From NCBI GenBank assembly GCA_023150835.1, contig JAKLKB010000050.1:1-55254 (forward strand): DNA of 55,254 bases, read 5' to 3'. This DNA comes from Myxococcota bacterium (GTDB taxonomy: Bacteria; Myxococcota_C; UBA6777). The translations under genes were made by a program, and so were the position numbers. Under the pieces are notes generated by a model, which had not been told where the DNA came from, made no database searches, and saw only the letters and a list, made by a program, of their open reading frames with translations. This document shows, one piece after another, positions 45,731-55,254 of this stretch (the first letter of the stretch is position 1; the number at the start of each line of letters is the position of its first letter).

Positions 45731-45782
45731 CAAAAGAAAAGAAAAGAGAACGCAAGTTTCTCTTGACTTTTCTTTTTTTTTG
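45731..45782 (+). terminator. Putative terminator/attenuator between rplL and rpoB
   Basis: A-rich arm, GAGAAC-GCAA-GTTTCTC hairpin and a long T-tract. Confidence 0.5.
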
Positions 45783-46358
45783 TGAATCATGGTGGACCTT
45801 GCGGGCAAAACGCCCTCCTGTACTTTCCTCTTGAAAGCATTGTCATTCACCCAAAACCCAAGGCGAAAGCACATGGGCTTTACGGGCCAATCAGTGAATT
45901 GCAGGCATGTTTTGTCGCTTCCCGAGTGTTTCCTTGCCTCCAGAAACTCTGGCGAGATGACCATTTGATGTGTTCGCAGATCACTTTGAAACACCAGTCT
46001 CCTCCTCAAAACATCCCCTGTCTTTTGTCCGCCTCCGCACACCAAAAGGAGTTGTCACTAGACTTCGTGCGGGGCCTTTCACCCCACCATGCTTTTGCTT
46101 TCGGTGAGTTTCTCTCTCTCTTTGTGCGAAACTTTCCTGAACACTCCCTACAAACACACCACCACCTCTTGCCATCGGTGCCTATCCACCGCCTCGCAAG
46201 AGCGCAACGATATCCATCCGTATCTGATAGATCCCCAACCCAATTGATCTCATTTGCATCCTTTTCCCTTTGTCTTGGGACTTGAATCGAGTGCGCCACC
46301 GCTTTGAGCGTTTCTCTGGGTGTGCCAAGTCCGCTCAACATCCACTGCAGGAGGGTTG

Positions 46359-49300
46359 ATGACGGCCCAAATTCAAAACAATTTCCGAGTGAGAAGGAGC
46401 TTTGGCAAGATCAGGCAGATCATCGAGATCCCCAACCTGATCGAGATGCAGAAAAAATCTTTCGAGAAGTTTCTGCAAGCCGATAAGCTCCCTCACGAGC
46501 GCGAAAACACGGGTCTTCAAGCTGTCTTTAAGAGCGTCTTTCCCATCAAAGACTTCAATGAAACCTGTCAATTAAACTTTGTCGCGTATCACTTGGAGCC
46601 GCCAAAGTATGACGTGGAAGAGTGCCGTCAGCGTGGTGTCACTTATGCTGCGACGATCCGCGTCGAGGTTCGCCTTGTGATCTGGAAAGTCGATGAAACA
46701 ACCGGCAGCAAAGATATCGAAGATCTCACGGAACAAGAGGTCTTTTTCGGCGAGATCCCCTTAATGACCGAACAAGGTACGTTCATCATCAGCGGAACGG
46801 AGCGCGTGGTGGTCAGCCAGTTGCACCGCTCTCCGGGGGTTTTCTACGAACATGACAAAGGAAAAACCCACTCCTCTGGAAAGTATCTTTTCTCCGCTCG
46901 TGTGATCCCCTATCGCGGAAGCTGGATCGATTTTGAGTTTGATGCCAAAGATATCCTTTACGTTCGGATCGATCGACGTCGAAAGTTGCCTGCGACCGTA
47001 CTTTTGCGAGCCTTGGGATACACTACCGCAGAGCTACTCAATGAGTTCTACGACACCGAACTGATCCACGTTGCCCGTCCCCCCGTGCCTGAGGCCAACT
47101 TTGTTTGTTGGTTGTCCAACACCGCAGGACATGACGTCTTGCTTGGAAACGAACTTTTGCTTTCCAAGGGCGAGTCACAAGTCCACACCAAACTCAACGA
47201 TTGGACGGTTCAAAAACTCCTCGAACAAGGTACCTCTCCTCTCCCTGTGACGCCCGATTATCTTGTGGGCTGCCGTTTGGCCGACGACGCGTTCAACCAA
47301 AATGGGGAGCTTGTCTTCAACAAAGGCGCATACATCACATTTGGCGACCTCGAACGTCTTCGTGACGATGGTGTGGAAACTCTCCAAGGAAAGTTCTTCG
47401 TTCCTTGCGAACATCGTCGCGCTCTCAATATCGACTTGCTTCTTGGCCAAAAAGCAGAGCGCGATATCTATTCGGCGGATGGAAAATTGGTCCTGAAAGC
47501 AGGAACCAAGTTTGGAAACAAACACAATGGACCCCGCATCAAGCGCATCCGCGAAAGCGGCGTCGATCGCTTGCCTATTACGCGCAACTCGTTGATCGGT
47601 CGCATCGCTGCCGAAGATATCTTCGATCCCGAAGAAGGCGAGATCCTCGTCCAAGTCAACGAAGAGATCACGCCTGATATCCTCGATGAGATCGAACAAC
47701 GCAAGATCACCTCTTTTCGTGTCCTTTTCATCGAAGGCAGCAACGCAGGCTCTTTGCGCGATACCCTCAACCAAGACAAGATCAATACCCCCGAAGAAGC
47801 GATGATGGAGATCTATCGCCGCTTGCGCCCCGGTGAACCTCCCACGATGGAGACGGCCACCAGCCTCTTCAACAACCTCTTCTTTAACCCCGATCGCTAC
47901 GACCTTTCCTCCGTTGGACGCCTCAAACTCAACCACAAGTTCGATCTCCATGACACACCCCTCAACAAGACCGTCTTGACTCCCCAAGATATCCTCGAGG
48001 TCGTTCGTTACTTGATCAACTTGCGCAATAACAAAGACGGATTCGGTGTGGACGATATCGATCATCTTGGAAACCGTCGCGTCCGAGCCGTCGGTGAGTT
48101 GCTTGAAAACCAATATCGCATCGGCTTGGTTCGTATGGAACGTGCGATCAAAGAGCGCATGGTGATCCAAGAGGTCGAGCAACTCATGCCGCACGACCTG
48201 ATCAATCCCAAGCCCGTCAACGCCGTGGTCAAAGAATTCTTTGGCTCCTCCCAATTAAGCCAATTTATGGACCAAACCAACCCCCTCTCCGAAGTGACGC
48301 ACAAGCGCCGCCTTTCGGCTCTTGGACCCGGTGGTTTGACCCGTGATCGCGCAGGCTTTGAAGTGCGCGACGTTCACACCACACACTACGGTCGAATCTG
48401 CCCGATCGAAACGCCAGAAGGTCCGAACATCGGCTTGATCGCAAGCCTCGCAACCTATGCACGTGTGAATCAGTTCGGTTTCGTTGAAACCCCCTACCGC
48501 AAAGTCGAAAATGGCCGCGTTCTCGACGGTGTGCAGTATTTCTCTGCGCTCGACGAAGAGCGCTACACCATCGCCCAAGCCAATGCCATCGTCAACGAAC
48601 AAGGCTTTTTGGCTGGCCCTTTTGTGACGGTGCGTAAAGGTGGTGAGACTTTTTCAGGTGCCTCACCAAGCGAAGTTCAGTTGATGGACGTTTCTCCAAA
48701 CCAGCTTGTCTCGATCGCTGCGTCCTTGATCCCGTTCCTTGAACACGACGACGCAAACCGCGCATTGATGGGCTCCAACATGCAGCGCCAAGCTGTCCCA
48801 CTTTTGCGGACCTTTGCCCCTCTTGTTGGAACAGGCATTGAGCGCATCGTTGCGCGTGATTCAGGCGTTACCGTCGTCGCAAAACGCGATGGTCTCGTCG
48901 ATTATGTCGATGCTTCGCGGATCGTTGTGCGCGTCGACACAGATGATGCCCGCAATGAACTCGGTACACAGGTCGATATCTACAAATTGATCAAGTACCA
49001 ACGCTCCAACCAAAACACCTCGATCAACCAAAAGCCGATCGTCAAGCGCGGAGATCGCGTATACAAGGGCGATGTCATCGCTGATGGACCCGCAACTTCC
49101 GGTGGAGAGTTGGCTCTTGGACAAAACTGCATCGTCGCGTTTATGTCGTGGGGTGGCTACAACTTTGAAGACTCCATCTTGATCAACGAACGTGTGGTCA
49201 AAGAGGATATCTATACCTCCATCCACATCGAAGAGATCGAGTGCTACGCACGAGAAACCAAGCTCGGCAAAGAAGAGATCACCCGCGATATCCCGAACGT

Positions 49301-50858
49301 GGGGGATGAAGCGCTCAAAGATCTCGATGAGAGCGGCATTATCCGCATCGGTGCAGAAGTCAAACCCGGTGATATCTTGGTCGGCAAGATCACCCCCAAA
49401 GGTGAAACACAGCTTAGTCCCGAAGAAAAGCTCTTGCGTGCGATCTTCGGTGAAAAAGCAGGCGATGTCCGTGATTCTTCGGAACGCGCAAAGCCCGGAC
49501 AACGCGGCATCGTGATCGATGCACGCGTCTTTAGCCGACGCAAAGGTGACGATCGCGATGCGCGCACACGCCAGATCGAAGACGAGATGGAGACCCGCAT
49601 GCAAAAGGACATGAATGCGGAACTTCAGATCCTGCGCAAAGCGGCCAACGAAAAATTACGCCAACTGTTGGACGGTCAAACCACCTCAGGCAAGCTGATC
49701 CACCAAGGCGAGACCCTCGTCCCTGCGGGTAAAAAGCTGACCATCGAGATCCTTGATGGATTGCCTCGTACTTTGTGGGCCGATATCCCGCTTGTGGATG
49801 AAAATGTCCAAGAACGCGTTCGCCGCATCGAAGAAGCCGTCGAAGATCAACGCTCCGAGATCAGCAAAAACTATCAAGAACGCATCGAGCGCATGAAGAA
49901 GGGTGATGATCTTCAACCCGGCGTTTTGAAGATGGTTAAAGTTTATCTCGCTGTGAAACGCAAACTCCAAGTCGGCGACAAGATGGCCGGACGCCACGGA
50001 AACAAAGGTGTCGTGAGCCGTATCTTGCCCGAAGAAGATATGCCTTACCTCGCAGACGGAACGCCCGTTGATATCGTCCTCAATCCCCTTGGTGTCCCTT
50101 CTCGGATGAACGTTGGGCAGATCCTCGAAACCCATCTCGGCTGGGCTGCTCTCGGGCTGGGTTATCGTATCAACGAGATGTTGGAAAGCCGTTATGCAGA
50201 CGAGCGCATCCGCGAAGAAGTCAAAAGCTTCTTTGAGCCTCACGCTCTCACCGAATACGAAGGCGGGCGCGTCAACGTCTGGGAACTTCTCGATAGCCTA
50301 CACGGCGAAGAATTGCGCTTCTTCTGCAAAGACTTGCGACGTGGAATGTATCTCGCAACACCCGTCTTCGACGGTGCTTCCGAAGAAGAGATCCGCCAAA
50401 AGCTCCAAACCACCGGCCTTCCCGAGTCCGGTCAAACGATCCTCTTCGATGGCCGTACAGGCGATATCTTCGCAAGCGATGTGACTGTCGGCGTGATGTA
50501 TATGCTCAAACTCCATCACCTCGTCGACGACAAGATCCACGCTCGTTCTATCGGACCCTACTCGCTTGTCACCCAACAACCTCTCGGCGGGAAGGCCCAA
50601 TTCGGTGGTCAACGCCTCGGTGAGATGGAAGTTTGGGCGATGGAAGCCTACGGCGCGGCCTATAGCCTCCAAGAATTCCTTACTGTCAAAAGTGACGACG
50701 TTGTGGGCCGTACGCGTATGTATGAGGCCATCGTCAAGGGCGACAATATGCTCGAATCCGGTCTTCCCGAATCCTTCAACGTCTTGATCAAAGAGCTTCA
50801 GAGCCTTGCGCTTGACGTTGAACTTGTCGAAGACAAAGAAGAAGAGAGCAGCAAATAA
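46359..50858 (+). CDS. rpoB: RNA polymerase beta subunit (1499 aa)
   Basis: [37 protein letters not shown] and [12 protein letters not shown] after AGGAGG. Confidence 0.99.
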   Translation: MTAQIQNNFRVRRSFGKIRQIIEIPNLIEMQKKSFEKFLQADKLPHERENTGLQAVFKSVFPIKDFNETCQLNFVAYHLEPPKYDVEECRQRGVTYAATIRVEVRLVIWKVDETTGSKDIEDLTEQEVFFGEIPLMTEQGTFIISGTERVVVSQLHRSPGVFYEHDKGKTHSSGKYLFSARVIPYRGSWIDFEFDAKDILYVRIDRRRKLPATVLLRALGYTTAELLNEFYDTELIHVARPPVPEANFVCWLSNTAGHDVLLGNELLLSKGESQVHTKLNDWTVQKLLEQGTSPLPVTPDYLVGCRLADDAFNQNGELVFNKGAYITFGDLERLRDDGVETLQGKFFVPCEHRRALNIDLLLGQKAERDIYSADGKLVLKAGTKFGNKHNGPRIKRIRESGVDRLPITRNSLIGRIAAEDIFDPEEGEILVQVNEEITPDILDEIEQRKITSFRVLFIEGSNAGSLRDTLNQDKINTPEEAMMEIYRRLRPGEPPTMETATSLFNNLFFNPDRYDLSSVGRLKLNHKFDLHDTPLNKTVLTPQDILEVVRYLINLRNNKDGFGVDDIDHLGNRRVRAVGELLENQYRIGLVRMERAIKERMVIQEVEQLMPHDLINPKPVNAVVKEFFGSSQLSQFMDQTNPLSEVTHKRRLSALGPGGLTRDRAGFEVRDVHTTHYGRICPIETPEGPNIGLIASLATYARVNQFGFVETPYRKVENGRVLDGVQYFSALDEERYTIAQANAIVNEQGFLAGPFVTVRKGGETFSGASPSEVQLMDVSPNQLVSIAASLIPFLEHDDANRALMGSNMQRQAVPLLRTFAPLVGTGIERIVARDSGVTVVAKRDGLVDYVDASRIVVRVDTDDARNELGTQVDIYKLIKYQRSNQNTSINQKPIVKRGDRVYKGDVIADGPATSGGELALGQNCIVAFMSWGGYNFEDSILINERVVKEDIYTSIHIEEIECYARETKLGKEEITRDIPNVGDEALKDLDESGIIRIGAEVKPGDILVGKITPKGETQLSPEEKLLRAIFGEKAGDVRDSSERAKPGQRGIVIDARVFSRRKGDDRDARTRQIEDEMETRMQKDMNAELQILRKAANEKLRQLLDGQTTSGKLIHQGETLVPAGKKLTIEILDGLPRTLWADIPLVDENVQERVRRIEEAVEDQRSEISKNYQERIERMKKGDDLQPGVLKMVKVYLAVKRKLQVGDKMAGRHGNKGVVSRILPEEDMPYLADGTPVDIVLNPLGVPSRMNVGQILETHLGWAALGLGYRINEMLESRYADERIREEVKSFFEPHALTEYEGGRVNVWELLDSLHGEELRFFCKDLRRGMYLATPVFDGASEEEIRQKLQTTGLPESGQTILFDGRTGDIFASDVTVGVMYMLKLHHLVDDKIHARSIGPYSLVTQQPLGGKAQFGGQRLGEMEVWAMEAYGAAYSLQEFLTVKSDDVVGRTRMYEAIVKGDNMLESGLPESFNVLIKELQSLALDVELVEDKEEESSK

Positions 50859-50957
50859 CCGACCTCGCCTTGTTCAACTGTTCCAAGGCTCCAACCGTTT
50901 TGTGGCGCGGCACTTTGGGTGCCGCGTCGCGATGGTGCAATCTGTGAGGGAAATGCC

Positions 50958-53900
50958 TTGAAAGATCTCTTTAGCTTTTTTGATAAGCCCAAAGATCCCC
51001 TAAGCTTTCGTGCCATTCGGATCTCTCTGGCATCGCCAAGCAAGATCCGCGAACTCTCTAACGGCGAGGTTAAGCGGCCCGAAACCATCAACTATCGCAC
51101 CTTCAAACCCGAGCGCGAAGGCCTGTTCTGCGCCCGTATCTTCGGACCCACCAAAGACTACGAGTGCTTGTGCGGAAAATACAAGCGCATGAAACATCGC
51201 GGCGTCGTCTGCGAAAAATGCGGCGTCGAAGTCATCCAGTCCAAAGTTCGACGTGAACGCCTCGGTCATATCGGCCTTGCCACGCCCGTTGCGCATATCT
51301 GGTTTCTCAAGAGCCTTCCCAGTCGTATCGGAAACCTTTTGGATATGACACTCAAAGATCTCGAAAAAGTCCTCTACTGCGAGTCTTATGTGGTGATCGA
51401 TCCCCGCAAAACCAACCTCAAAAAAGGCGAGATGCTCACCGAAGAACAGTTCGAGAAAAAGCTCGAAGAGTTCGAAAACCTCGGCGAAGATCTTGAACCC
51501 CCTTTTCGCGCTGGCATGGGCGCAGAAGCGATCAAAGAGATCCTCAACGATCAAGATCTCGAAACTCTTTCGATCGAACTGCGCGACCTAATGAAAGACG
51601 TCACTTCCGAAGCCAAGCGAAAAAAATACGCCAAACGCCTCAAAGTGGTCGAGGCATTTCGTGAGTCAGGGAACCGTCCTGAGTGGATGATGCTTGAGGT
51701 GATCCCTGTTTTGCCACCCGACCTACGTCCGTTGGTTCCCCTTGAGGGCGGTCGCTTCGCCACTTCCGACCTCAACGATCTCTATCGCCGCGTGATCAAC
51801 CGAAACAATCGCCTCCAACGACTCCAAGGTCTGATCGCCCCCGAGATCATCGTGCGCAACGAAAAACGTATGTTGCAAGAAGCCGTCGATGCGCTGTTTG
51901 ATAACGGACGGCGCGGGAAAACCATCACAGGCCCCAACAAACGCCCGCTCAAGTCGCTTTCCGATATGCTCAAAGGCAAGCAAGGACGCTTCCGTCAAAA
52001 CTTGCTCGGAAAGCGCGTCGATTATTCGGGCCGTTCTGTGATCGTCGTCGGCCCCGAGATGAAACTCCATCAGTGCGGTCTGCCCAAACTAATGGCGTTG
52101 GAACTCTTTAAGCCTTTTATCTATAACAAACTCGAAGAACGCGGCCTCGCCACCACCATCAAAAGCGCCAAAAAGATGGTGGAAAAAGAAAAGCCCGAAG
52201 TCTGGGATATCTTGGAAGAGGTGATCAAAGAACACCCCATCCTTCTCAACCGCGCCCCTACACTTCACCGTCTGGGGATTCAAGCCTTTGAACCCCTCCT
52301 GATCGAAGGAAAGGCGATCCGTCTCCATCCGCTCGTTTGTACCGCCTTTAACGCAGACTTCGACGGAGACCAGATGGCCGTCCACGTCCCCCTCTCGATC
52401 GAAGCCCAGATGGAAGCCCGCGTTTTGATGATGAGCACCAACAACATCCTCTCTCCCGCACACGGCAAGCCCATCATCAACCCCACCCAAGATATCGTGT
52501 TGGGTCTCTACTACATCACCCGAGAACGTCCCGCTGTCCCGGGAACAGGCCGAATCTTTAGCAGTCCTGCCGAAGTCCGTGTCGCCTATGATTCGGGCGA
52601 AGTCGATATCCAAGCCAAGATCAAAGTCCGTATGCGCGGTGTCGACTTCGAGGAAAACTCACGCACCGTCTCCCAAGAAGTCTCGATCGTCGAAACCACC
52701 ACAGGCCGTGTCTTGATGCGCGACTTGTTGCCGCGTGCCCTTCCTTTCAGACTCGTCAACCGCGTCATGGATAAAAAAGCACTGCAAAATCTGATCGACC
52801 AGTGCTACCGACTCGCTGGAAACAAGTCCACCGTTCTTCTCGCTGACCGCCTCCGTAGCTTGGGCTTTTCCGCTTCGACACAAGCAGGGATCTCGATCTG
52901 CGTTGACGACATGGTGATCCCCGAAAAGAAAAAAGAACTCCTCGACAAAGCCTTCATTGAGATCGAAGAGATCGAACAACAGCACAGCGAATCCCAGATC
53001 ACAGGCGGCGAGCGCTACAACAAGATCGTCGACGTCTGGTCCAACATCACCGAACAAGTCACCAAACAGATGATGGAGGATCTCAAACAAGAGGTGATCG
53101 AAACCCCCGAAGGGCAAAAGATCCCCACCGAATCCTTCAACTCCATCTATATGATGGCCGACTCTGGAGCGCGTGGTTCGACCCAACAGATCCGACAGCT
53201 CGCAGGGATGCGCGGTTTGATGGCGAAACCTGATGGCAGCATCATCGAAACGCCCATCACTGCGAACTTTCGCGAAGGTCTCACCGTGTTGCAATACTTT
53301 ATCTCGACACACGGTGCGCGCAAAGGTCTCGCAGATACCGCACTCAAAACCGCCAACGCTGGTTATTTGACCCGTCGTCTCGTGGACGTCGCCCAAGACG
53401 CGATCATCACCGAGATCGATTGCGGTACCACCGAAGGCATCGAGATGACTTCTCTCGTTGAAAACGGCGAAGTCATCGAAGGTTTGGGAGATCGTATCCT
53501 TGGTCGCGTTGTCGCCGAAGATATCGAAGACCCCCACTCGGGCGAATCCATCGTCGAGGCAGGCATGCAGGTCGACGAAGAACTCGCAGAAAAGGTGATC
53601 GATGCTGGTCTCGAACGCGTCAAGATCCGCTCTGTGTTGACTTGCGAAGCCCGACACGGCGTCTGTGCGCTTTGTTATGGACGTGATCTCTCCCGTGGTA
53701 CCCGCGTGAACATCGGTGAAGCCGTCGGTGTCATCGCTGCCCAAAGTATCGGTGAACCCGGCACGCAGTTGACCATGCGCACCTTCCACATCGGGGGCGC
53801 TGCAACCCAAAAAGCCGAACAATCCACCCTCGAAACCCGTGGCGGTGGTGTGCTTCGGTACGAAGAGATGCAGGCCGTTCAACGCGAGATCGAAGAACCC

Positions 53901-55190
53901 CGCACGCGTACCAAAAAGACCGTCTGGATCGTCATGAACCGCAACGCAAGCCTCGTGATCCTCGACAAAAACGGTCGAGATCGCGAACGCTATCGCGCCA
54001 CCCTCGGTGCTTATATCAACTTTGCCGACGGCTCCGAAGTCCCCGCAGGTGCTGTGATCTCCAACTGGGACCCCTACAACAACCCGATCTTGGCCGACTT
54101 CCCCGATGAAGCCAACGATGGGATCGCGACCGCTGTCTACGAAGAGATCCGCGAAGGCGTCACGGTTGAAGAGCAAGTCAACGAAACCACCGGCTTTAGC
54201 AACAAGGTCATCATCGAAAGCCGCGATCCCAATCGCCGCGCCTCCTTGATCTTGCGCTACCAAACCGATGGAAAAAATAAAAACGTTCGCGTTTCTTTGC
54301 CCGTTGGAGCGACCCTCCAAGTCGAAGACAAACAGAGCGTGCGACGCGGTGATGTCCTTGCTCGTGTCCCCCGTGAAACCACCAAACTCAAAGATATCAC
54401 GGGTGGTCTTCCCCGTGTTGTCGAGCTTTTTGAAGCCCGCAAGCCCAAAGAACACGCCATCATCTCCGAGATCGACGGTGTGGTCCGCTTCGGCAAAGAC
54501 ACCAAAGGCAAACGCAAACTCGAAGTTCATCCCGAAGCTGCCGGTGAACCCCGCGCCTACTTGATCCCCAAAGGCCGCCATATCACCGTTCACGAAGGTG
54601 ATCGCGTGCGCATGGGTGAGCCTTTGATGGATGGCTCGATCAATCCTCACGATATCTTGCGCGTCAAAGGCGCCCAGCACCTTGCGAAGTATCTCGTCGA
54701 CGAGATCCAAGAAGTTTACCGACTCCAAGGGGTCAAGATCAACGATAAACACATCGAGGTGATCGTTCGCCAAATGCTCCGCCGCGTCCGTATCTTGACC
54801 GTCGGCGATACCAGTCTCGTTGTCGATGATCACGTCGAAAAACTCTTGGTCGACGAAGCCAACGAACAAACTCGCCAAGACGGCGGCATACCCGCAAGTT
54901 GGGAACCTCTCTTGCTCGGTATCACCAAAGCCTCTCTCTCCACCGAAAGCTTTATCAGCGCCTCCTCCTTCCAAGAAACCACCAAAGTGCTCACTGAAGC
55001 CGCTGTATCGGGCAAAATCGACCACCTGCGTGGACTCAAAGAAAACGTCATTATGGGCCGCCTGATCCCCGCAGGCACCGGACTCGCCGTCTACAAACGC
55101 GCCGCCATCGTCACCGATGAAGACGCCGACGATACCTTCGGCGATCAAGACGACGAGATCGAAGAGATCACCGTCCCCATGATTTCCTAA
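50958..55190 (+). CDS. rpoC: RNA polymerase beta' subunit
   Basis: TTG start; KPERE zinc-finger region, NADFDGDQM catalytic motif and [13 protein letters not shown]. Confidence 0.99.
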   Translation: MKDLFSFFDKPKDPLSFRAIRISLASPSKIRELSNGEVKRPETINYRTFKPEREGLFCARIFGPTKDYECLCGKYKRMKHRGVVCEKCGVEVIQSKVRRERLGHIGLATPVAHIWFLKSLPSRIGNLLDMTLKDLEKVLYCESYVVIDPRKTNLKKGEMLTEEQFEKKLEEFENLGEDLEPPFRAGMGAEAIKEILNDQDLETLSIELRDLMKDVTSEAKRKKYAKRLKVVEAFRESGNRPEWMMLEVIPVLPPDLRPLVPLEGGRFATSDLNDLYRRVINRNNRLQRLQGLIAPEIIVRNEKRMLQEAVDALFDNGRRGKTITGPNKRPLKSLSDMLKGKQGRFRQNLLGKRVDYSGRSVIVVGPEMKLHQCGLPKLMALELFKPFIYNKLEERGLATTIKSAKKMVEKEKPEVWDILEEVIKEHPILLNRAPTLHRLGIQAFEPLLIEGKAIRLHPLVCTAFNADFDGDQMAVHVPLSIEAQMEARVLMMSTNNILSPAHGKPIINPTQDIVLGLYYITRERPAVPGTGRIFSSPAEVRVAYDSGEVDIQAKIKVRMRGVDFEENSRTVSQEVSIVETTTGRVLMRDLLPRALPFRLVNRVMDKKALQNLIDQCYRLAGNKSTVLLADRLRSLGFSASTQAGISICVDDMVIPEKKKELLDKAFIEIEEIEQQHSESQITGGERYNKIVDVWSNITEQVTKQMMEDLKQEVIETPEGQKIPTESFNSIYMMADSGARGSTQQIRQLAGMRGLMAKPDGSIIETPITANFREGLTVLQYFISTHGARKGLADTALKTANAGYLTRRLVDVAQDAIITEIDCGTTEGIEMTSLVENGEVIEGLGDRILGRVVAEDIEDPHSGESIVEAGMQVDEELAEKVIDAGLERVKIRSVLTCEARHGVCALCYGRDLSRGTRVNIGEAVGVIAAQSIGEPGTQLTMRTFHIGGAATQKAEQSTLETRGGGVLRYEEMQAVQREIEEPRTRTKKTVWIVMNRNASLVILDKNGRDRERYRATLGAYINFADGSEVPAGAVISNWDPYNNPILADFPDEANDGIATAVYEEIREGVTVEEQVNETTGFSNKVIIESRDPNRRASLILRYQTDGKNKNVRVSLPVGATLQVEDKQSVRRGDVLARVPRETTKLKDITGGLPRVVELFEARKPKEHAIISEIDGVVRFGKDTKGKRKLEVHPEAAGEPRAYLIPKGRHITVHEGDRVRMGEPLMDGSINPHDILRVKGAQHLAKYLVDEIQEVYRLQGVKINDKHIEVIVRQMLRRVRILTVGDTSLVVDDHVEKLLVDEANEQTRQDGGIPASWEPLLLGITKASLSTESFISASSFQETTKVLTEAAVSGKIDHLRGLKENVIMGRLIPAGTGLAVYKRAAIVTDEDADDTFGDQDDEIEEITVPMIS

Positions 55191-55254
55191 TCCACCGATC
55201 CCTCCCCCCCCTTTTCTTCTTTGCCCCTTTCGACCGCACGACCCTCCCAAAAAA

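Noticed and set aside
48230-48340. Rifampicin-resistance substitutions in RpoB cluster I
   Set aside because: The sequence [26 protein letters not shown] is the usual susceptible-type motif.
52659-55250. 863-aa minus-strand ORF, and similar long antisense ORFs at 2219-3265, 33601-34560, 40210-41214, 44265-45581 and 47175-48254
   Set aside because: They are antisense shadows of well-supported genes with biased codon usage and contain no recognisable motifs.

Overview
Chromosomal DNA from a bacterium, most likely Myxococcota or a related deltaproteobacterial lineage. This is inferred from the pilMNOPQ-lipoprotein-mglC-efp-sgmX synteny, the Cys-rich secreted proteins and an L11 insertion. There are three blocks. 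(1) 1-20.5 kb is accessory: a sacsin-like GHKL ATPase gene running off the left edge (absent from the ORF track), an M48 peptidase, an alpha/beta hydrolase, an S41 lipoprotease, a czcCBA-type RND operon whose outer-membrane gene is frameshifted, a divergent membrane-anchored LuxR-type regulator, two tandem paralogous Cys-rich-stalk proteins each carrying two fibrinogen/intelectin-like heads, and mnmA. Two copies of a REP/MITE-like element also sit here. (2) 20.6-38.4 kb is a type IVa pilus and polarity block plus an orphan sigma54 response regulator. (3) 38.5-55.2 kb is the core rlmB-tRNA-tuf-secE-nusG-rplKAJL-rpoBC cluster, which lacks tRNA-Tyr and rpmG and has an expanded RpoB insertion. I saw no CRISPR array, transposase, integrase or reverse transcriptase. 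The best candidate for an undescribed system is the pair of Cys-stalk/lectin-head surface proteins. All family calls come from reading motifs by eye, not from database searches.
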